A stretch of DNA of 64,000 bases, taken from contig JBFFIE010000002.1 of assembly GCA_041556555.1 (NCBI GenBank), positions 40,505 to 104,504 of the forward strand, written 5' to 3'. The translations under genes were made by a program, and so were the position numbers. Source of the stretch: Gammaproteobacteria bacterium. Its GTDB lineage: Bacteria; Pseudomonadota; Gammaproteobacteria; Eutrophobiales; Eutrophobiaceae. Below, piece after piece: positions 10,679 to 18,878 of this stretch; position 1 is the first letter of the stretch, and every line of letters begins with the position of its first letter. The notes beneath the pieces are model-generated. The model saw only the letters and a list, made by a program, of their open reading frames with translations. It had not been told where the DNA came from and made no database searches.

Positions 10679-11557
10679 CTAGCCGCTTTCTCTCTTTTTT
10701 TCCATCAGGACGTGGATGAGCGGTCTCATGATGATTTGCATTGCAAAAAGATTTTTACCGGATGGTACCACGATGGTATTGGGACTCGACATGAACGAAC
10801 CACCTAGCATTTCCAGCAAGTAGCGGAAATCCACATTGATTTTTTCCAGGTTGCTGATGTGAATGATTGTATAACTCTGGTCGTTAGTCGGGATTTCCAG
10901 TGCTGCGAACGGGTTAGCCGTATCAACCGTCGGTACTCGTTGAAAATTAATATCCGTACGGGAAAACTGTGGTGTGATGTAATGTGTATAGTCATACATG
11001 CGGCTCAAAATCAAATGAGTTGCATCTTCTGCGCTGTAACCCCGAACTGCCTTGTCACGATGAATTTTCTGTATCCATTCAAGGTTGATAATTGGTGCGA
11101 CACCGATTAACAGATCTACATATTGGGCTACGTTAACTGTATCAGTCACCACGCCACCATGCAGGCCTTCGTAAAACAGCAGGTCGGTATTTTCCGGTAG
11201 TTGTTCCCAGGGGGTCAGTGATCCACGTGGTGAACCATGTTGTGCGGCCTCTTCCTCGTTGTGAATATAGTAGCGGCGTTTCCCGGTTCCAAATTCTGAA
11301 TATTCCCTGAACAGTGCTTCCAGTTCCTCGAACAGATTACCTTCTGGCCCAAAGTGCGTGACATTTCTTCCCTCTTTTTCCGCCGCTTCAACAATATCGT
11401 CCATTTCATGCCGGTTGTAGCGATGGAAACAATCGCCCTCGATAATCGCGGGCACAACTCCCTCGCGGCGAAAGATTTGCTCAAACGCCGCCTTGACGCT
11501 GGTTGTTCCGGCGCCGGAGGAACCGGTAACTGCTACAATCGGATGTTTTATAGACAT
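10679..11557 (-). CDS. prk: Phosphoribulokinase (Calvin-cycle)
   Basis: 292 aa. MSIKHPIVAVTGSSGAGTTSVK is the N-terminal P-loop of bacterial PRK (CbbP), with PRK-family motifs throughout. Confidence 0.95.
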   Translation of the reverse strand: MSIKHPIVAVTGSSGAGTTSVKAAFEQIFRREGVVPAIIEGDCFHRYNRHEMDDIVEAAEKEGRNVTHFGPEGNLFEELEALFREYSEFGTGKRRYYIHNEEEAAQHGSPRGSLTPWEQLPENTDLLFYEGLHGGVVTDTVNVAQYVDLLIGVAPIINLEWIQKIHRDKAVRGYSAEDATHLILSRMYDYTHYITPQFSRTDINFQRVPTVDTANPFAALEIPTNDQSYTIIHISNLEKINVDFRYLLEMLGGSFMSSPNTIVVPSGKNLFAMQIIMRPLIHVLMEKKRESG

Positions 11558-11702
11558 GAATGGTATTTTGTAGTTATTAACCCGGAAAATTCAGGGGCAA
11601 CATTGTAACAGTAACCCGTCCGGATTCAGTTACCAATTTGATAAAAAGCTAAAAAATACCCTCACTTATGGTTAAATAAGCTGTAAATTAGGGTTCAGAC
11701 TG

Positions 11703-13454
11703 ATGGAAAAACAGCCCAAAGATACACATTTATATCTGCGTTTATTGCGCTATGTTAGGCCTTATTGGCGGCTGTTTGTGATCTCCGTGTTGGCCATGAT
11801 CATTGTAGCTGCCACCGATCCGGCACTGGCTTCCCTGCTTAAACCCATGCTGGACGGCGCCTTTGTAGAAAAAGATCCGGAGACTATCCGGGTCATTCCC
11901 CTGTTCCTCATCGGTATTTTCCTGTTACGTGGTGTGGCGACGTTTATTGGTGGCGCATCCCTGCACTGGGTGGCTAATAAAGTCATCATGGATGTTCGCA
12001 ACGACATGTTCAATCGTCTGCTGATCCTGCCCAGCCACTACTATGATCAGCATAACAGTGGTGCCTTGATATCCCGGTTTACCTATGACGTGACTCAAAT
12101 CCGCGATGCCAGTACCTCGGCCATCACCATATCAATTCGTGACAGCCTTTCGGTGATTGGCCTGTTGGGCTGGATGCTTTATATCAACTGGAAACTGACC
12201 TTGCTGTGCCTGATATGTGCTCCGGTGATCACCTTCATTGTCAGCGTCATCAGAAAACGGTTACGGAAAATGGGGCGCAAGGTTCAGGCGTCCATGGGTG
12301 ATATTAATCACATACTTAATGAGTCAATCCAGAATCATAAGCTTGTTAAACTTTACAACGGACAGACACATGAGTCGCAACGTTTTTATGATGCCAATAA
12401 TAATAATCGTAAATTTATGATGAAGTTTGCCATAGCGGCCGTTGCCAGCAGCCCTTCGGTTCAATTGATAACCGCCGTTGTTCTGGCCCTTGTTGTTTAT
12501 ATAGCCACCTTGCAGGCATCCGCTGGCGCCATCACGGTCGGTGAATTCGGATCATTCATTGCTGCAATGGTCATGATCATGACCCCAGTGAAACGGCTGG
12601 TTGCCCTCAACGAACATTTACAGAAAGGGCTGGCTGCCTGCGAAAGTATTTTTGAATTGCTGGATCAACCACCGGAACAGGATGCCGGTTCCAGTCGTGC
12701 ACAGCGCATCAAGGGTGATATTGAATTCCGGGGGCTTTCATTTCGCTACAACCCGGATGATCGCAAGGCACTCAGTAATGTGTCCTTGCATATCCGGCCC
12801 GGCGAGAGTGTGGCCCTGGTCGGACAGTCCGGCAGTGGCAAGACCACTATTGCTAGTCTGATCCCGGCCTTTTACCCGGTCACCGAAGGTGAGATCCGGC
12901 TGGACGGTGTCGATATCAGGGACTACACGCTGGCGTCGTTGCGCGCCAACATTGCCCTGGTTAGTCAGGACGTGGCCCTGTTCAATGACACCTTGAGAAA
13001 CAATATTGCTTACGGCGGTATGAAAGATGCGACGGATGAGCAGGTCCGGCATGCGGCCGAAGTGGCCCATGCCTGGGAGTTTATTGAAAAGATGCCGGAG
13101 GGCCTGAATACCATCATCGGGGAAAAGGGGCAGCGACTTTCCGGCGGGCAGCGCCAGCGGCTGGCCATAGCGCGGGCGATACTCAAGGATGCTCCGGTCC
13201 TGATCCTGGACGAGGCCACCTCGTCACTGGACACCGAATCCGAGCACCATATTCAGGAGGCGCTCGATACGATTCGCCAAGGCCGGACCTGCATTATTAT
13301 TGCCCACCGCTTTTCAACAATTGAGAATGCTGATCGGATCCTGGTGATCGATCAGGGCCAGGTTGTTGAGGCCGGTACTCATGATGAACTGATTTCCAAT
13401 GAAGGCGTCTATGCGCGCCTGCACCGGACCAATTTCGCCGGTACCGTCCATTAG
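11703..13454 (+). CDS. msbA: Lipid A export ABC transporter (permease + ATPase), MsbA
   Basis: 583 aa. 6-TM N-terminal domain plus NBD with Walker A GQSGSGKTT, the ABC signature LSGGQRQR, and Walker B ILILDEATS. Confidence 0.9.
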   Translation: MEKQPKDTHLYLRLLRYVRPYWRLFVISVLAMIIVAATDPALASLLKPMLDGAFVEKDPETIRVIPLFLIGIFLLRGVATFIGGASLHWVANKVIMDVRNDMFNRLLILPSHYYDQHNSGALISRFTYDVTQIRDASTSAITISIRDSLSVIGLLGWMLYINWKLTLLCLICAPVITFIVSVIRKRLRKMGRKVQASMGDINHILNESIQNHKLVKLYNGQTHESQRFYDANNNNRKFMMKFAIAAVASSPSVQLITAVVLALVVYIATLQASAGAITVGEFGSFIAAMVMIMTPVKRLVALNEHLQKGLAACESIFELLDQPPEQDAGSSRAQRIKGDIEFRGLSFRYNPDDRKALSNVSLHIRPGESVALVGQSGSGKTTIASLIPAFYPVTEGEIRLDGVDIRDYTLASLRANIALVSQDVALFNDTLRNNIAYGGMKDATDEQVRHAAEVAHAWEFIEKMPEGLNTIIGEKGQRLSGGQRQRLAIARAILKDAPVLILDEATSSLDTESEHHIQEALDTIRQGRTCIIIAHRFSTIENADRILVIDQGQVVEAGTHDELISNEGVYARLHRTNFAGTVH

Positions 13455-13471
13455 TATCCTCGCAACGGTTG

Positions 13472-15466
13472 TTAACTGGCTGCTGGCCGAAACCGCTTTA
13501 CGGATGTTTTTAATTCAGTAAGTTTGTCGGTTTTTGAGCCATAACGTACTTCAATGTAGAGCCGGGTAATCTCAGCAATCCTGCCGGCATAACGGTTGAG
13601 TTTCCGGCCGGCCCGGCGCGAGAAATCCAGTGGCCCCTCGTGCGGCAGGCGCCGGACTCCATGTTTTGCCAGCTTGCGGCAAAAGCGATCATAGAGCTGT
13701 CGGGACGGATCCCTGGCCCCGCGATAGTGGCGAAACAAACCAAAACTGATAACAGCCAGCATCAGGGCGACGGTGCCGACGATCCCCAGGATCAGTTTGG
13801 TTAACTCCTGTCGTTTCAGACCTATCTTTTTAAACAGGCTGTCCTGTCGCTGTGGCCCGTAGCTAATCACCCACTGGTTCCACTGGTTGTTAATGTTGTC
13901 CCAGGTATTACGCAGGTTTCGCCACAGGCTGCGGGTAAATTCGTTTCCGGAGAACACCACGGGTAAGTCAAATACGACATCGGGGAGTGCGTTTTCGATC
14001 CCCTGCTCTACTCGTGCCGGCGACACTGCCGTGGTGGGATCAATCCTGACCCAACCTTCCTCGGCGAGCCAGACTTCGGTCCAGGCATGGGCGTTGCGCT
14101 GATAGACGATGAAGTAATCACCGATTGGGTTATAGCTTCCGCCCTGGTAACCGGTGACGACCCGTGCCGGGATGCCGGCGGCCCGCATAATTACGGCAAA
14201 GGCTGATGCGTAGTGTTCACAGAAACCCTGACGGGTATCAAACAGGAAATCATCGACCGGGTCTCCGGGTAATGCAGGTGGAGACAAGGTGTAAATAAAA
14301 TGCTCCTCGGTGAACCAGCGCAGGGCGCGTGCAATCACTTCTGCCGGTGTCGATGCCTCCAGTGCCCATTGCTTGGCCAGCGCCCGGGTTTTCGGGTGAA
14401 AACCCCGGAACATTTGCAGGCTGCGTTGCAACTCACGCGGGCCGGAAGACGCCAGCCGGTAATCCTGAGTAGAAACGGCCGCATAACGGAAACGATTCTT
14501 GACCGGTTTACGGGTGAGCACCTGGTGAGCATCTGCCAGCATCGCCCGATCCGGGATCGCACTGGGCATCTCCAGGGTATAAAGCCAGCGCTGATTGGTG
14601 GGTTCCAGGGTAATAGTGTAGGCAATACTGTCGGCCGACTCTTGCAGTTTGGCAGGGGGGTCAAGATTGGTCAGTCGGCGCCGCCAGGCCCGGCCATCCA
14701 TGTAGGTAAGTACCGGCCCGCGCCAGTAAAGCGAAGATTTCGGTGGGGCATCAGCGTCCTTGAATTCAACCCGGAAAGCGATGTCATTCGACTGGATCAG
14801 GCGGCTGATGCTGCCGGGTGTCATGACATCGTCTACACCAATCAGGCCCCGAATGGCATCATCCGGCATGCCCCACAGCGGCCCATTAATACGTGGGAAC
14901 AGTAAAAACAGGATTAGCATTACCGGTAAAGCCTGACACAGGAGCTGCACAGCCATGGTAATCCGTTCGCTGGGCTTGAGGGTATGCTTTCTGTCATTAA
15001 AACTGATCAGTCCCGCGATGATGATCAGTAACGTGATCATCATATACACGGCTGTTAACAGGGTCTGGGAATAAAAGAAGTTGGTAATGATGATGAATAA
15101 TCCCAGGAAGGTTGAGATATAAAAATCCCGGCCGACATGTGATTCGAGTATTTTAAAGCCGGTTAACAGCAGCAAGAGGGCAGTACCGGCATCCCTGCCA
15201 ACCAGTGTCTGATAGTAAGCATGTATACCGATAACCCCGGCGAACATGAGGATAATACGGATTGCTCTCAGCCCCAGGTTGCCGCTGGCAGGTAGCGGCC
15301 AGCCCCAGACGGCGCAACCCAGACGCCAAGCGATGAGCAGAAAGGGACAAAGGATAAGCCACACCGGCGTATGCAGGGCGTGTGGCAGGATACTCATCCC
15401 GACTCCGGCCGTTAGCCAGTAAATTTCCTGTTTTCCCAGTTGCTGTGCCGGGTTACTTTCTGTCAT
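13472..15466 (-). CDS. Transglutaminase-like membrane protein TgpA (DUF3488 + transglutaminase core)
   Basis: Multi-TM N-terminal half and a transglutaminase-like Cys core, GFCEHYASAFAVIMRAAGIPARVVTGYQGG. Start set at MTESNPAQQ, overlapping the DUF58 gene by 14 bp (the ORF-track start at 15589 is read-through). Confidence 0.8.
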   Translation of the reverse strand: MTESNPAQQLGKQEIYWLTAGVGMSILPHALHTPVWLILCPFLLIAWRLGCAVWGWPLPASGNLGLRAIRIILMFAGVIGIHAYYQTLVGRDAGTALLLLLTGFKILESHVGRDFYISTFLGLFIIITNFFYSQTLLTAVYMMITLLIIIAGLISFNDRKHTLKPSERITMAVQLLCQALPVMLILFLLFPRINGPLWGMPDDAIRGLIGVDDVMTPGSISRLIQSNDIAFRVEFKDADAPPKSSLYWRGPVLTYMDGRAWRRRLTNLDPPAKLQESADSIAYTITLEPTNQRWLYTLEMPSAIPDRAMLADAHQVLTRKPVKNRFRYAAVSTQDYRLASSGPRELQRSLQMFRGFHPKTRALAKQWALEASTPAEVIARALRWFTEEHFIYTLSPPALPGDPVDDFLFDTRQGFCEHYASAFAVIMRAAGIPARVVTGYQGGSYNPIGDYFIVYQRNAHAWTEVWLAEEGWVRIDPTTAVSPARVEQGIENALPDVVFDLPVVFSGNEFTRSLWRNLRNTWDNINNQWNQWVISYGPQRQDSLFKKIGLKRQELTKLILGIVGTVALMLAVISFGLFRHYRGARDPSRQLYDRFCRKLAKHGVRRLPHEGPLDFSRRAGRKLNRYAGRIAEITRLYIEVRYGSKTDKLTELKTSVKRFRPAAS

Positions 15467-16439
15467 GCACAATCCCGAACAAGGCGAGGGCCGTGAGACA
15501 GGCCTCACGGTGGACCGGCCCATGACCGCTGGCGGATGAATATTCAGCCGGCAATACCAGGGAATATCTTCTGCCTGATCGATCCGCATCCAGCAGCCAA
15601 CGGCACAGCTGCGAGAGTTTCTCTTCCAAGGACAGGGCCTGAAGTCCCGGATCGTCCCAGCTCAGAATGAGTTCTTGATCACCACTGCCATCGAAGCGTT
15701 TGATTAACAGGGGTTGTTCCCTAGCCACCGCCTTCCAGGCAATGTTGCGGATGGAATCGCCGGGGTAATAGCGCCGAAACCCGGAAAAATCATGGTTGCC
15801 GTTGTCCATTCCTGCATCGCATTGAGCGCCACCGGCTTGTCCCGGTGGCAGAGGTAATGCCCCTATAGGCCGGGGATAGACAATACAGTGAAGGCCGGGA
15901 TCAAAGCTGGCCCAGGCACGAAACAGCCCCAGTGGATAATTGGTAAACAAGGTGACGCCAGGCAGGATCAGGCGTCCCCGTCGGGTTGGTAATATCGCGA
16001 GTTCCGCCTCGGTCCAGTGGTCGGCAGGGACATCCATTATGATGGGGGCTGGCAAACCCTCTGCGCTCGTCCCGCGAGCCTGGATCTGAATACCCAGCCG
16101 CTTCTGTGCGCCATGGTTATCCAGAATCAAGCGGAAGCGGGCCGGGTCACCGGCAAAAACCGGTTCCGGCATAACGCCCCGGATTACTAGGCCCCTGAGA
16201 TTACGGTAAGTATGAATCAGGGCGACCAGAAACAGACTGGCCAACAGGAACGTCAGCATAAACGCCATGTTGTTGTTGTAGTTGATGGCCCCCAGCAACA
16301 TAGTTAATAACAGGCAGGAAAAGAAGATACCTTGCCGGGAAGGTAGAATATAAACCCGCTGTTGTTTCAGGCCAGCATCCGATTCGACCCCGGGGGTTAT
16401 GGATTGATTCAGGCGTTCGAGGACGAAGGCGTCCGGCAT
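15453..16439 (-). CDS. DUF58 family protein (MoxR-associated, vWA-like)
   Basis: 328 aa. N-terminal TM hairpin, DUF58 architecture. Classic MoxR-DUF58-TgpA gene order. Confidence 0.8.
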   Translation of the reverse strand: MPDAFVLERLNQSITPGVESDAGLKQQRVYILPSRQGIFFSCLLLTMLLGAINYNNNMAFMLTFLLASLFLVALIHTYRNLRGLVIRGVMPEPVFAGDPARFRLILDNHGAQKRLGIQIQARGTSAEGLPAPIIMDVPADHWTEAELAILPTRRGRLILPGVTLFTNYPLGLFRAWASFDPGLHCIVYPRPIGALPLPPGQAGGAQCDAGMDNGNHDFSGFRRYYPGDSIRNIAWKAVAREQPLLIKRFDGSGDQELILSWDDPGLQALSLEEKLSQLCRWLLDADRSGRRYSLVLPAEYSSASGHGPVHREACLTALALFGIVHDRK

Positions 16440-16445
16440 GCCGTT

Positions 16446-17396
16446 TCAGGGAATGGGTACCCGTTTGATCAGCAGTACTGCCAGTTCCTCGGGTTGTCGG
16501 TCATTATCCTCGTGGCTACTGAGGCGGTGACTGATCACACTGGGTAAGATGGCCTGAATATGCTCCGGTAAGATTTGCCGGTGACCATCCATCAAGGCCC
16601 AGGCCCGGGCGGCGTGCAATACGGCCAGCCCGGCTCGAGGCGACAGGCCATGGCTGAATTCGTGACTTTTGCGACTGTATTCCAGCAAGTCTTGCAGGTA
16701 ATCCAGGATGGCCGGCGCCGCATGAATGTTATCGCAGAGGTACTGGATCTCGAGCAGGCGTTCGGGACTGATAACAGTGCCTACCTCCTTCAGCAGGATG
16801 CGCCGATCACGACCCATGAGCAATTCTCGTTCCGCCGCGTTATCGGGATAGCCCAGCTTGATGCGCATCATGAAACGGTCGAGCTGGGATTCCGGCAAGG
16901 GAAATGTCCCCACTTGGTTCGAGGGATTCTGGGTGGCGATGACAAAGAATGGTTGTGCCAATGCCCGGGTTTCCCCCTCCACGGTGACCTGCTCTTCTTC
17001 CATGGCTTCAAGCAGGGCACTCTGGGTCCTCGGTGTTGCCCGGTTTATCTCATCGGCCAGGATGATCTGGTTGAAGATCGGACCGGGATGAAATGTGAAC
17101 GACGACGTGTCCCGGCTGTAGACGGAAACCCCGAGTATATCGGCCGGCAGCAGGTCGCTGGTAAACTGGATCCTTTGAAAAGCCAGTCCCAGGATATTGG
17201 CGAGGACATGTGACAAGGTTGTCTTGCCAACACCCGGCAGGTCTTCGATCAGCAAATGCCCGCGGGCAAACAGGCAAGCAAGCGCCAGGCGAATGACATC
17301 GTCCTTGCCCAGGATGATCTGTCTGGCAGCATCGATAATGCAATCAATTTCTTCCTGGATGCCGGGTAACTGGAGTTTTTCACGAGCTGTGCTCAT
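16446..17396 (-). CDS. MoxR-family AAA+ ATPase
   Basis: 316 aa. Walker A GVGKTT, Walker B ILADEINRATPRTQSALLEAMEE. Confidence 0.9.
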   Translation of the reverse strand: MSTAREKLQLPGIQEEIDCIIDAARQIILGKDDVIRLALACLFARGHLLIEDLPGVGKTTLSHVLANILGLAFQRIQFTSDLLPADILGVSVYSRDTSSFTFHPGPIFNQIILADEINRATPRTQSALLEAMEEEQVTVEGETRALAQPFFVIATQNPSNQVGTFPLPESQLDRFMMRIKLGYPDNAAERELLMGRDRRILLKEVGTVISPERLLEIQYLCDNIHAAPAILDYLQDLLEYSRKSHEFSHGLSPRAGLAVLHAARAWALMDGHRQILPEHIQAILPSVISHRLSSHEDNDRQPEELAVLLIKRVPIP

Positions 17397-17449
17397 CTGC
17401 TGTTCCTTGTTTGCTGGGTATCTCGCTGCCCACTAGTGGGAGCCGGACA

Positions 17450-18814
17450 TCAGTCGCCGGCAATGGTCATTGTCTCGATTAGAACGGAACCAGTGAGGAT
17501 GTTGCCACGGTGATCCACATCATTGCCAATGTCTATGATATTCATATACATGTCTTTCAGATTACCCGCAACGGTGATTTCTTCGACAGGGTACTGAATT
17601 TCACCATTTTCTATCCAGAATCCAGAAGCACCTCTGGAATAGTCCCCCGTGACCTGGTTCACACCGAAACCGATCATGTCAGTGACCAGCAGGCCGCGAT
17701 TCATCTTTCTGATCAGTCCGGGCAGATCCTGATCCCCGGTTTCAATAATGAGGTTATGTACGCCGCCCGCGTTACCGGTAGGCTGCATACCGAGTTTCCG
17801 GGCAGAGTAGGTGCTGAGAACATAGCCTTCTATGACACCAGCCTTGACGATGTCCCTGGCGTGGGTGGCAAGCCCGTCATTATCAAAGGCAGCACTGCCC
17901 AGTGCTTTTTTCAAATGGGGTTGTTCATGGATACGCAGGTGTTTTGGGAACACCTGCTTGCCCAGTGAATCCAGCAGGAAACTGGCACGGCGATAGAGAC
18001 TACCCCCGGATATGGCGGTAATGAATGCCGAGAACAATCCTGAAGCGACTGGTGCTTCGAATATCACCGGAACGTTGCGAGTGCTCAGTTTTCTGGCGCC
18101 CAGCTTGCTGACGGTACGTCGCGCTGCCTCTTCGGCAAGTGCCTTGATGCTTTGGAGATCGTTCGCATCCCGGCATTTACTGTACCAGCCATCGCGCTGC
18201 ATCTTACCCTGTTCTTCCGCGATCATGGTGCAATCTATGGTATGGACCGACCACTTCCAGCCACCGGCAAAGCCATGGGAGTTGCCATAGGCCTGGGTAC
18301 CAGAGTAGGTGTTGACCATCACGCCGTCGGAGTTATTGATTCGTTTATCAACGCCGTAGGCAATAGCCTCACACTCCAGTGCCTGTTCCATTGCCTTATC
18401 GGGTGAAATATTCCATGGATGGTACAAGTCGAGATCAGGAATATCAGTAGCCATTAATTCCGCATCTGCCAGACCGCAATGTGGATCTTCGCTGGCGAAT
18501 CGGGCAATTTCACAGGCAGCGTGTACAGTTTCTTTCAGTGCTTTGTCGGTAAAATCCGAGGTGCTGGCACTGCCTTTGTGTTTTCCCATATACACGGTCA
18601 CGCTGAGGCCCTTATCGCGTTCATGTTCTATCTTTTCAACTTCTCTTTCGCGGACGGTGACAACCAGGCCCATTCCGGAGCCGGCATCGGCTTCAGCGGC
18701 ACTCGCACCCTGATTAAGCGCTTCATCAATAGTGCGCTGTATCAATGGAATCAGATCGTTATTTGCTTTATCGAGTTCGGGCATGGATTGATACTGCTGC
18801 AAAAAAGGAAGCAT
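17450..18814 (-). CDS. pmbA: Metalloprotease PmbA/TldE
   Basis: Collinear with E. coli PmbA to the C-terminal GDYSRGASGFWIENGEIQYPVEEITVAGNLKDM. Start taken at MLPFLQQ (an alternative is MPELDK, 30 nt downstream). Confidence 0.85.
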   Translation of the reverse strand: MLPFLQQYQSMPELDKANNDLIPLIQRTIDEALNQGASAAEADAGSGMGLVVTVREREVEKIEHERDKGLSVTVYMGKHKGSASTSDFTDKALKETVHAACEIARFASEDPHCGLADAELMATDIPDLDLYHPWNISPDKAMEQALECEAIAYGVDKRINNSDGVMVNTYSGTQAYGNSHGFAGGWKWSVHTIDCTMIAEEQGKMQRDGWYSKCRDANDLQSIKALAEEAARRTVSKLGARKLSTRNVPVIFEAPVASGLFSAFITAISGGSLYRRASFLLDSLGKQVFPKHLRIHEQPHLKKALGSAAFDNDGLATHARDIVKAGVIEGYVLSTYSARKLGMQPTGNAGGVHNLIIETGDQDLPGLIRKMNRGLLVTDMIGFGVNQVTGDYSRGASGFWIENGEIQYPVEEITVAGNLKDMYMNIIDIGNDVDHRGNILTGSVLIETMTIAGD

Positions 18815-18878
18815 CTTAACATCCCTGTTTGAAATAAGTAGGCCGACAGAGGCGAATTGAATTTGGTAAAATCGGTCT

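Noticed and set aside
14300-14905. 201-aa plus-strand ORF inside tgpA
   Set aside because: It is antisense to the transglutaminase-like gene, whose translation contains the conserved Cys core. The plus-strand product is Arg/Gly/Pro-rich with no recognisable domain.
16575-17213. 212-aa plus-strand ORF antisense to moxR
   Set aside because: MoxR Walker A and B motifs are unambiguous on the minus strand. The antisense ORF is a shadow frame.
18815-18878. LexA (SOS) box upstream of uvrD
   Set aside because: No CTGT-N8-ACAG-type palindrome is present in the 64-bp divergent promoter region. Only an unconvincing CTGT...ACAG with wrong spacing.
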